Below, piece after piece: positions 53,701-60,200 of a stretch of 64,000 bases of DNA; position 1 is the stretch's first letter, and each line of letters starts with the position of its first letter. The notes beneath the pieces are model-generated. The model did not search any database. It was not told the DNA's origin and saw only the letters and a program-made list of their open reading frames with translations. The DNA is taken from contig JAUCBJ010003122.1 of NCBI GenBank assembly GCA_032718475.1, positions 20,490 to 84,489 of the forward strand, written 5' to 3'. This DNA comes from Nemertoderma westbladi (taxonomy: Eukaryota; Animalia; Xenacoelomorpha). Made by a program: the position numbers and the translations under genes.

Positions 53701-56700
53701 CCCCCAACTGGGGCGGAAACCGCGCTCAAATGCACCCTCCTCCACCACCAGCAGGAAAGTCAGCAGCAGTCGGCTCAGACCACGGTCACGGTCCGGTGTA
53801 GTCGATATGACCACCGTCTGGAGCTCCTCCACTACTGCCGCACGAAGCTGTGCTACGGGATCATCGGGCATCACTCGGACTACGTGATATTCGACCCTCC
53901 TCACTTCCTGTCGGGTGCCGACCTTGTCCTGGCCCGGACTCATACCGGTCTCCCGATTCTCCGTGGTTGTCGCAACGTTGTTTCTCCAATGTCCAGTATC
54001 CCCGTCGCCTTCAAGTTTCTACCTTGTATTGTTTGCCAGAGAAGTAGATCTGGTATGTTTACTTCTTTCCACTTTCCACTGTGGCTCGAAAGAACTTAGT
54101 CTCCAAGTGCTGGAGAATTCTGATTTCCATATGGTATCATTTTTTATAGCGCTACCCCAAGCCTTTGCTCTCCTAACTTCTATGTCCTTTTTGCTCCTCT
54201 CTATCCATGACCCTAGGTACTGGAAGTCGTCAACCTTCCTTCGTTGATTATTATCAATGGTTGTCAAGTTTCCATCAACATTAAAGGTCCTGAATTCGGT
54301 CTTGGTAGCATTTATATGCAATCCAACCTCCTTAGCAGCCCTCTCCACTTTATTTAGTAAAAGCTGTGCATCTGTTAGCGTATTAGAGAGCAGGGCGATG
54401 TCATCCGCAAAGTCGGTGTCTGTGACTGTAGTTGCCGGATATCTGCAACTTTAGCGTTCTTGAAGTGTGAATCCCAGATCGTCATCCTCTGTGGCCGTCC
54501 TCATTGCGTAATCCAGATCAATTACAAATAGTAATGGTGCTAATGTGTCACCTTGCAGTACGCCAGCCAGGATTGAGAAAAACTCAGTTTCACCATCTGG
54601 TGAGAGTACCTGAGCTTCTGTGTAACAATTATTATTCATTCCTTTCGTACACATTGCAAAAAACACAACAAACTGGTACAATAGTATTGATAATACTTAC
54701 TTTGTATTAAATGGCAACTTTTATTTTCGTAGTTATCTGATCCCGACGTGATCAACCAGCTACGGACCCTGAAAGATAAGAACGCCTTCGCGTTAGACGT
54801 TCCACCAGAGGGGAGGTCACAGGTTTTGGACGAGGTGAGTTTAACAGCTGTTTAATTTTATTATATAATAACAACTTAATTAAGTTACTATGTAGCTAAT
54901 TATGAAACTGTAAAATGTGCAATGACACCGACCCGTTTATCTAGGCGAGTTAATGTAGCATAAAGCCAAAAAGTAATTGGCAATGAACCCGAACCACTTT
55001 TTTGGATTCTATATTACCTTGTTAATCACCAAATAGTCTATAAAAAATTATTTTGCGGAACATATATAATTATTCATTGAAATTCCACATGAATTGGCTT
55101 AACTCAAGCCAAACAGTAGGGGAAAGTAAGTAGCAAATTAAATTGGTGATTTCCCATTAATTCATTTCAAAATAAGCTGTGATTCAATGGGGAATTAATA
55201 AAATTTACACAGCCTGTCACACGTCAATTGTTATATCTCGGTAACTATAAGTCGCATCCAATTATTAAATATATCAAAAGTTTAATAATATTTATTAAGG
55301 TAACTATAATAATAATAATTCAGAATTCCCATTAATGTTAGCGAAGATTTTTCACGTAATAAAATAATTGTGATTGCCATATTGATTTTAAGTCAAGTGT
55401 AATTTATTTATTTGTTTTAGTTTGAAAACCACAATAGTCTATAATATAACAAATCTATTTTTTGGGGATAAGAGTATTTGAGGTCGATAAATCCGATAGG
55501 CGAGATTACATGCACCCGTTTTGTAGAGAAGTTGTGTAAATAAGGTCCTTATATTGTACCAGCAAAATTGGTATTAAAAATGATTAAATGATTAGTAAAA
55601 GTTCCGTTGCTCTGGAAACTAAATTATAACTATAGATGTGCAGTGTTCAGTCAATCGATAGTCATTAGACTAAAGATCGTCTGTACCTTATTTGGGGAAA
55701 ATCCCACAACCGTTGTTGCTATGTGAAATCCCTGTTGCTAAGGAAAGAAGCATGGAATCTAAAGTGATGCGCATAATTTATTTTTATAGACTTTCTATGT
55801 ATGTGTAGGTACGTAATTGCGATATTGTATAAGCATACCGTAGTTACCCAGAGCTACTCGCGATACAATATCGCGTTAAAGAATGTCGTGTAATAATGTG
55901 GAGAATAAATGGCCTCTGAACATTATTTTTGCAATCTTTAATCACAATATATCAGGTGTTATAAAAAAAATCAAACTATTTTACATTTTTGGAATCCTTT
56001 AAACATTTCTACACATAAAAATCACGACTAATGCGAAGAATCGATACGAAGGGTAAGATAAAATAGAAGCTTATAAAAAATTTAAAGGGAAAATATAAAC
56101 TAAATGGCTCCGTTTTAACTTCGACCGTGTGTTTTCTAGTTAAGTTTAAAATTTCATTCGATATTATATATTATATATAAAGATTTGAATAATTTTTTTT
56201 TTTTGGGGGGGGGGGTTTCTTGTCATCAGAAAATGACTCTCGTGTCATCATGAATAATATAAATAATCATAATAATGATAACTACTTTTCTTAAATTTTA
56301 GTCCATAATGGGAACAAATTAGTGAAAAAAGCGGTGTGAAAATTAGTGTGAAAATTAGTGTGAAACTTTTGGATTGTGAAAATTGATATCTGATTGAATT
56401 GAGATCTGATTTGATTGGAATCTTGATAAAATTCTGCTCTTGATGAAATATAAAAAAATATTTGTAAAATATTATTGAAATGGCGCTACCCCCGCCCCCC
56501 CCCCCCCCCTCCCCCCCTTAAGAAATGATGGAGGGGTAGTAACCACCAATTTTTGTTCAGCTTTGTCTCAAAATTATTGGTCAGAATTTTATAATTTTAC
56601 ATCCATCTCATTTTATTACTATACTTTATTATTATTTTGCCATTTAAATGTGAAAATGCAAATTTTTGAAAAAAATCACATGTAACAAATTTGATAATAA

Positions 56701-57273
56701 ATAATATAAAAGTTAATTATCGTATTAAATGTATAATTCAACACTACCAATAGTTACAAAAGTCATTTTGTTAGGGGGGAGGGGGGGGGGGGGTGAAGGT
56801 TAATAAGTTAGGGATACTAAATATCACTAAATTATTATAAATATATTAAAAATTTAATTTATTTAAACCACCTCATGTTATCAATTAACCCAAATTCCAA
56901 AAATATTTCAATTTATTCAATACCTTTTCTGCTGTCCGGTTATTATAGTAGTTAGTAAAGTAATATGCTCATGAAGTGGAGCTAATGATGCTTTGTTATC
57001 TGTAAGTTCATATTACTAAGCTCTTAATACATTTGATTCTAAATTTGGGTTTTTCGAGTATTTGTTAGCGGATTTCAATTCGTCAGTTCGTCTATACTTG
57101 ATAATGATTTTGTTGTATTTTATCTTAGAAATTAATAGTTTTGGAATTATTAAAATGTTCAATTTTATTTCTTTCGGCAGGAAAAACTTGTAAAACAAGT
57201 TGCAGCGATGGACCTCGAAGAAACAAAAGTCCAATTAATTCAAGTTCGACAAGAGTTAGACTCAGCCCTCAAT
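5705..57273 (+). CDS. LZTFL1: Leucine zipper transcription factor-like protein 1 (LZTFL1/BBS17) homolog; spliced, 3' end beyond window
   Basis: Exons 5705-5707, 6024-6163, 8366-8504, 9008-9107, 37582-37739, 54733-54834 and 57181-57273 are all GT-AG and phase-compatible, giving about 245 aa with no stops. Collinear with recalled human LZTFL1 (RFARSKRGLRLKTVDSCF; TFTIDEVS; VLLLRQLFAQAEKW; EILRLQ; LLRVQEQL). Confidence 0.88.
6024..6163 (+). CDS. LZTFL1: LZTFL1 exon 2
   Basis: ttgtttag|...CG|gtaagc. Encodes ATSNKVSEPKYQQHKTTLVNLVRFCRYRRALMMQTVEACFGDTRAS(R). Confidence 0.9.
6791..8292 (+). mobile_element. Two adjacent or nested HINE/Helentron-like non-autonomous elements (about 6791-7520 and 7648-8292)
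   Basis: Both start actagaaa(a)g(t/c)cagcaagct. agaagaccgt (6817-6826) is the inverted complement of acggtcttct (8279-8288), with variant actgtcttct at 7505. Microsatellite-like tracts (cacacagacaaacaaac; gatagaaagatagatag) and a small hairpin gact-aaaa-agtc precede the 3' ends. Confidence 0.5.
8366..8504 (+). CDS. LZTFL1: LZTFL1 exon 3
   Basis: aatatag|...GAG|gtattc. Encodes (R)VQETTYTKDEVSNMLEELEDTLRTEMEAEMMYNSRATVLLLRMLFE. Confidence 0.9.
9008..9107 (+). CDS. LZTFL1: LZTFL1 exon 4
   Basis: tttcatttag|...TTCG|gttagt. Encodes QAEQWELTFSADLGRIEDQRGMADVAAWEDKEF(G), phase 1. Confidence 0.9.
24069..24778. mobile_element. 710-bp MITE with TTAA target duplication (Kolobok-like termini), copy 1
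   Basis: TIR ggggggggtacaccatttt / aaaatggtgtacccccccc, flanked by ttaa on both sides. The empty site is a normal satellite unit. No ORF. RR...YY ends with a TTAA TSD fit Kolobok better than piggyBac. Confidence 0.9.
27810..28520. mobile_element. MITE copy 2, essentially identical to copy 1
   Basis: Same sequence apart from one extra G, and the same flanking satellite variants, 3741 bp downstream. Confidence 0.9.
32257..32459 (+). repeat. Gypsy 5' LTR
   Basis: 203 bp, TG...TA ends, direct repeat of 35981-36184. Confidence 0.9.
32486..33139 (+). CDS. gag: Gypsy Gag (217 aa)
   Basis: Two C-terminal zinc knuckles, CYNCGVAGHFARQC and CNRCTNHNHLPKDC. Confidence 0.9.
   Translation: MKLSITSDFACWETALRAEINLLVLQGKIEEEKKDEALLMKIQISVEDSILKKMHIDRRTTANSLLTKLKEVWTQLVVPTDGVNSLEFDIVSRDDVTKFDDNLRLLRYKRTISDDLAISIFIKNIKNEASRKIVLVQQFTSWDALVRFIMDTGISLTNCNQHTSHLPVSGAVKTGCYNCGVAGHFARQCFKRCNRCTNHNHLPKDCLKGKSKNDASQ
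33118..33160 (+). promoter_or_regulatory. -1 programmed ribosomal frameshift signal between gag and pol
   Basis: Slippery heptamer A_AAA_AAC in gag frame (33118-33124), 6-nt spacer, then a perfect 10-bp stem tcccagtagt/actactggga. pol is in the -1 frame. Confidence 0.85.
33139..35904 (+). CDS. pol: Gypsy Pol polyprotein (protease, RT, RNase H, integrase)
   Basis: Protease LDTGS; RT motifs RFCVDFRPLN, LDMTAGYWQ, YQDD; RNase H TDASDRAVGAVL and TDHKPL; integrase HHCC, SIDIVGP and PQGNGVIER. Confidence 0.95.
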   Translation: MGGATTGIINEPIAPFIYAEIDLNGGSPRIPMLDTGSELNLMSINMANDLSVPIIPHGIYFRTASGDVVKSRGFVQVWVKWGDIRQTFDFHVLGDPPFDLILGIRAIWTFPSILSYPIVAMTATTTTDTALSKEYFFKLFRWPSSWSSDNTKRLHDLIWEFQDIFSRSKFDVGRMKSFTHHIETSGPPIFRRQYKNAYTERENVHKIITEMHENNIISPASSPWNSPYLLVDKPDHSKRFCVDFRPLNKVTQDNKFPMPVIDELLDRLQGKKIFSTLDMTAGYWQVPLSEESKPKTAFQADHRQWQFNVLAMGLKNAAPEFQRDMQTVLRGLNTFPYQDDIINATETEEEHLESLQKIFVRLRNEGIKLKPSKCAFGLTEISYLGFIIQDGQVKPDPDKIKCIQEFPTPTNGKELQSFLGLINFYSRFAKRLATYAAPLYELTTKSKNKFKWLPEHSEVFDKVKNLFSEAVSLYIPDLSQAFIVRTDASDRAVGAVLSQIINSEEVPVHFASRTLRGSELNWSTTDKEFFSLHWAIRKFDMYLKGNEVTVYTDHKPLIGLIDKRAGNNQRQRRWLDYIQDFKLNINYIRGVENVVADTLSRLPLDSTFPNVKAAPFVPNAVCALKALSDKDSEIVARQYHDAGHYSINKTRAAILNDGLWFPKMRSTLRSIQDDCIECRTKKSYTKNPPKGELPNLETRAIGEIVSIDIVGPLPTTRLGFRYILSMIDMASRYLEAVPMKMVTAQITADAFQKGWVFRHGPPRRIHTYNGSQFRSALFNNILETAFCNYEIDHTYSSPYYPQGNGVIERIHRTLKDRIRCMSGDWQSNLSEAVYNINRHVHDGIECSPFFALYGYNVPPATYPAMLKENPSIMQSLAPPIPPPQRSTFGPKFHPPQRVVAKLSPQVVRLDQYGTVNIRKCT
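35981..36184 (+). repeat. Gypsy 3' LTR
   Basis: Direct repeat of the 5' LTR with several substitutions. Starts tttt instead of tgtg and is followed by the TSD aatag. Confidence 0.9.
37582..37739 (+). CDS. LZTFL1: LZTFL1 exon 5
   Basis: ctaatcgtccgcag|...CAG|gtaata; phase 1 matches exon 4. Encodes (G)KQVSQARPTYLQLDKLPNTQPGGRMQSEISRLQTQARETSIKLKAILEDPSQ. Confidence 0.85.
38240..40526 (-). mobile_element. RTE-clade LINE, 3' portion (RT domain, frameshifted)
   Basis: ORF pieces 39987-40460, 39126-39824, 39037-39222 and 38277-38939 with GSDHR, QNGFR, FVDFKKAFDS, GVLQGDTLAP, FADD and FQYLGSWI. (TAG)n-type tail near 38240-38280. Confidence 0.93.
40527..41734 (-). repeat. BEL/Pao 3' LTR (1208 bp)
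   Basis: Near-identical to 50597-51769 apart from a few substitutions and one ~35-bp indel. Confidence 0.95.
41755..43360 (-). pseudogene. Additional, apparently frameshifted ORF of unknown function in the 3' part of the BEL element
   Basis: Overlapping ORF pieces 42513-43220 (235 aa), 42205-42687 and 41755-42036 in element sense, in a GC-richer coding-like tract. No recognisable motif. Confidence 0.4.
44975..48400 (-). CDS. BEL/Pao Gag-protease fused in frame to an RNase H C-terminal remnant (1141 aa)
   Basis: DUF1759-like KFNGDEMKWLPF; triple knuckle CVLC..H..C, CYNC..GH..C, CAKC..HH..LH; protease ALLDSGS; then directly WRHCPETINLADIASRG..GPNFL..EWP. No YxDD or DDE region. Confidence 0.9.
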   Translation of the reverse strand: MSDTKRALSDSLLKGVRMSLRLGQCLERIEAERKVAAAEAERKAAEAVAEAEREASGATTQLELESLQAKQPDEGDITDPEGGGNRSRLSRRRRMPHCPKLPNLPPAVRLASTDQIITVERLPTIVDEPEIIRPVLEATPSVIETPVLPEPTSKFPLHSTKLPVPSRTVPESEPILDAERDIKNLSPVVSCLPATTLATPASAVEWVAEGRRKMGLLLGQLREHCKCSSQQVWELEGTVQQLKGAVREGRLALQEVQQSIASERDKLVNLQKGIPPPSVTMCQPVRSEVFHAQGVEPTRIYTASEVETPIVNPIKGNYKPVDNDIPYRPDHNPRNLYTDNSIFNNTMAQESFTRQMARTEARQAVKVGEIVKFNGDEMKWLPFNEYYKDNIQNSVLSNGEKLRYLIECLEGPPKLMALKFIGHPDGLRQVWDTLNFRYGNRNNIAGYLYAKLVAPRKFISSGIIEFSDEIQEICRQLDWLGKSHEYQSAMVIRAVTSTLPKGGVGTRWDKKVLYMMEQQQRDPTMADLMSFLDGEVKLQLIKQSREKTSESKVSEKPVSRRKVTPVCYTDDGESQTSQGEDSGKDTERSYYVNKTPKEQVSKFKSRTNDRREQVRKTPPTSPKRIHGRKPEERTSVHHTAHVKVSNIKPKCVLCDGPHRLNVCNEFLKKSLKDRCEVMWDKRLCYNCLRRGHQRRTCYSDARCAKCGAKHHILLHTEFERNSPSQVSESELHVQFSDVNDTDQSSEMEGFYTDEFSDQSSEMEGFYTDELSDENESCYLINTAVYRALTYEKETDSELPLTTSDRQPSWKAPTSNVGIREFPVVQLRVHGPKRSYIVNALLDSGSTGTFIDKELAEDIFAGQPQFRTKLNMSGIMQVWKSTVIADYYVGALSTPQDELGEHSIRSVKMVAIKNFATSQVEPYNWDEDDFTQQLEIPRFNTDYPGVQILIGQNAHEALETLEKRPAQPQPLQAYAGRTRVGWYFTGPSRRTLMERLPKDQVYQVREWEDESSELDDPTEGTPYSSDNDDINSNVDQWRHCPETINLADIASRGATPQELTDTPDRLGGPNFLSKEDEWPPHLNPAKIRKAKGAEKVTQPLNRPAGRLCLLERDRKLSGNYGRQDTLPTTTSLIQQISRDSIT
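49750..50320. repeat. Tandem duplication of about 290 bp in the BEL 5' leader
   Basis: acgctac..tacagactac..cagactactatcaagccta..tatatgcagactccgaaatg..gcctacaaattatct occurs twice. Confidence 0.85.
50597..51769 (-). repeat. BEL/Pao 5' LTR (1173 bp)
   Basis: Direct repeat of 40527-41734. CCAAT boxes on the minus strand near 51590 and 51610. Confidence 0.95.
51770..52790 (-). mobile_element. RTE-clade LINE, 5' portion (AP endonuclease and 5' UTR)
   Basis: KIATMNARTL, ICIQEHR, GGVGILL, AGDLNAQ. Removing the BEL element and one TSD restores GKLWTFQYPNGTKAQLDYIL across the junction. The 5' boundary is approximate. Confidence 0.9.
53213..53935 (+). pseudogene. FAM120A: FAM120A/C-like (constitutive coactivator of PPAR-gamma-like, PIN-like domain) 5' fragment, disrupted
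   Basis: MGIENFISYIKQH..VELFSLAK..LDVDACLPRLYGGYAVDWACGGQWNQM..VFFNGCLEK..NKGIPPPKAWWFPP..DH..SDY matches the recalled FAM120A N-terminus. Frameshift near 53330-53360, in-frame TGA at 53629, truncated by LINE sequence. Confidence 0.88.
53930..54625 (-). mobile_element. 5'-truncated, internally deleted RTE fragment (same family as 38240-40526)
   Basis: 54065-54620 closely matches 38660-39208. 53955-54057 matches the degenerate 3' end at 38310-38442. Confidence 0.9.
54733..54834 (+). CDS. LZTFL1: LZTFL1 exon 6 (probable)
   Basis: ttttattttcgtag|...GAG|gtgagt; 102 nt, phase 0-0, open. Encodes LSDPDVINQLRTLKDKNAFALDVPPEGRSQVLDE. Homology is weak but the length fits. Confidence 0.7.
57181..57273 (+). 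CDS. LZTFL1: LZTFL1 exon 7
   Basis: ttttatttctttcggcag|...AAT|gtaagt. Encodes EKLVKQVAAMDLEETKVQLIQVRQELDSALN, comparable to recalled human NLATAKHDLLRVQEQLHMAEK. Confidence 0.82.
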
Positions 57274-60200
57274 GTAAGTTCAATTCAACAAGAGTTAGAC
57301 TCAGCCCTCAATGTAAGTTCAATTCAACAAAAGTTAGACTCAGACCTCAATGTAAGTTCTATTCAACAAGAGTTAGAATCAGCACTCAATGTAAGTTCAA
57401 TTCAACAAGAGTTAGAATCAGCCCTCAATGTAAGTTCTATTCAACAAGAGTTAGACTCAGACCTCAATGTAAGTTCTATTCAACAAGAGTTAGAATCAGC
57501 ACTCAATGTAAGTTCAATTCAACAAGAGTTCGAATCAGCCCTCAATGTAAGTTCTATTCAACAAGAGTTAGACTCAGCCCTCAATGTAAGTTCTATTCAA
57601 CAAGAGTTAGAATCAGCCCTCAATGTAAGTTCTATTCAACAAGAGTTAGACTCAGCCCTCAATGTAAGTTCTATTCAACAAGAGTTAGACTCAGCCCTCA
57701 ATGTAAGTTCTATTCAACAAGAGTTAGACTCAGACCTCAATGTAAGTTCTATTCAACAAGAGTTAGAATCAGCACTCAATGTAAGTTCAATTCAACAAGA
57801 GTTAGAATCAGCCCTCAATGTAAGTTCTATTCAACAAGAGTTAGACTCAGACCTCAATGTAAGTTCTATTCAACAAGAGTTAGAATCAGCACTCAATGTA
57901 AGTTCAATTCAACAAAAGTTAGACTCAGCACTCAATGTAAGTTCTATTCAACAAGAGTTAGAATCAGCCCTCAATGTAAGTTCTATTCAACAAGAGTTAG
58001 ACTCAGCCCTCAATGTAAGTTCTATTCACCAGGAGTTAGACTCAGCCCTCAATGTAAATTAAATTCAACAAGAGTTAGACTCAGCCCTCAATGTAAGTTC
58101 AATTCGACAAGAGTTAGACTCAGCCCTCAATGTAAGGTCAATTCAACAAGAGTTAGACTCAGCACTCAATGTAAGTTCAATTCAACAAGAGTTAGACTCA
58201 GCACTCAATGTAAGTTCAATTCAACAAGAGTTAGAATCAGCCCTCAATGTAAGTTCTATTCAACAAGAGTTCGAATCAGCACTCAATGTAAGTTCAATTC
58301 AACAAGAGTTAGAATCAGCCCTCAATGTAAGTTCTATTCAACAAGAGTTAGACTCAGCACTCAATGTAAGTTCAATTCAACAAGAGTTAGAATCAGCCCT
58401 CAATGTAAGTTCTATTCAACAAGAGTTAGAATCAGCACTCAATGTAAGTTCAATTCAACAAGAGTTAGACTCAGCCCTCAATGTAAGTTATATTCAACAA
58501 CAGTTAGACTCAGCCCTCAATGTAAGTTATATTCAACAAGAGTTAGACTCAGCCCTAAATGTAAGTTCTATTCAACAAAAGTTAGAATCAGCCCTCAATG
58601 TAAGTTCTATTCAACAAGAGTTAGAATCAGCACTCAATGTAAGTTCAATTCAACAGGAGTTAGACTCAGCCCTCAATGTAAGTTCAATTCAACAAGAGTT
58701 AGAATCAGCACTCAATGTAAGTTATATTCAACAAGAGTTAGAATCAGTACTCAATGTAAGTTCTATTCAACAAGAGTTAGAATCAGCACTCAATGTAAGT
58801 TCAATTCAACAAGAGTTAGAATCATCACTCAAGGTAAGTTCAATTCAACAAGAGTTAGACTCAGCACTCAATGTAAGTTCAATTCAACAGGAGTTAGACT
58901 CAGCCCTCAATGTAAGTTATATCCAACAAGAGTTAGAATCAGACCTCAATGTAAGTTATATTCAACAAGAGTTAGACTCAGCCCTCAATGTAAGTTCTAT
59001 TCAACAAGAGTTAGAATCAGCCCTCAATGCAAGTTCTATTCAACAGGAGTTAGATTCAGCCCTCAATGTAAGTTGTATTCAACAAGAGTTAGACTCAACC
59101 CTCAATGTAAGTTCTATTCAACAAGAGTTAGACTCAGCCCTCAATGTAAGTTCTATTCAACAGATTCAGCCCTCAATGTAAGTTCTATTCAACAAGAGTT
59201 AGACTCTGCCCTCAATGTAAGTTCTATTCAACAAGAGTTAGAATCAGCACTCAATGTAAGTTCAATTCAACAAGAGTTAGACTCAGCCCTCAATGTAAGT
59301 TATATTCAACAACAGTTAGACTCAGCCCTCAATGTAAGTTATATTCAACAAGAGTTAGACTCAGCCCTAAATGTAAGTTCTATTCAACAAAAGTTAGAAT
59401 CAGCCCTCAATGTAAGTTCTATTCAACAAGAGTTAGAATCAGCACTCAATGTAAGTTCAATTCAACAGGAGTTAGACTCAGCCCTCAATGTAAGTTCAAT
59501 TCAACAAGAGTTAGAATCAGCACTCAATGTAAGTTATATTCAACAAGAGTTAGAATCAGTACTCAATGTAAGTTCTATTCAACAAGAGTTAGAATCAGCA
59601 CTCAATGTAAGTTCAATTCAACAAGAGTTAGAATCATCACTCAAGGTAAGTTCAATTCAACAAGAGTTAGACTCAGCACTCAATGTAAGTTCAATTCAAC
59701 AGGAGTTAGACTCAGCCCTCAATGTAAGTTATATCCAACAAGAGTTAGAATCAGACCTCAATGTAAGTTATATTCAACAAGAGTTAGACTCAGCCCTCAA
59801 TGTAAGTTCTATTCAACAAGAGTTAGAATCAGCCCTCAATGCAAGTTCTATTCAACAGGAGTTAGATTCAGCCCTCAATGTAAGTTGTATTCAACAAGAG
59901 TTAGACTCAACCCTCAATGTAAGTTCTATTCAACAAGAGTTAGACTCAGCCCTCAATGTAAGTTCTATTCAACAGATTCAGCCCTCAATGTAAGTTCTAT
60001 TCAACAAGAGTTAGACTCTGCCCTCAATGTAAGTTCTATTCAACAAGAGTTAGACTCAGCACTCAATGTAAGTTCAATTCAACAAGAGTTAGACTCACCC
60101 CTCAATGTAAGTTATATTCAACAAGAGTTAGACTCAGCCCTCAATGTAAGTTCTATTCAACAAGAGTTAGAATCAGCCCTCAATGTAAGTTCTATTCAAC

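Noticed and set aside
53213-54099. Functional FAM120 gene nested in the intron
   Set aside because: Frameshift, in-frame TGA and truncation by LINE sequence; no downstream exons found.
55600-55750. Cluster of X-box-like motifs (gttgctctggaaac, gttgctaaggaaag) in intron 6
   Set aside because: Far from the promoter and probably within repeat-derived sequence, where such motifs are common. It cannot be supported as regulatory.
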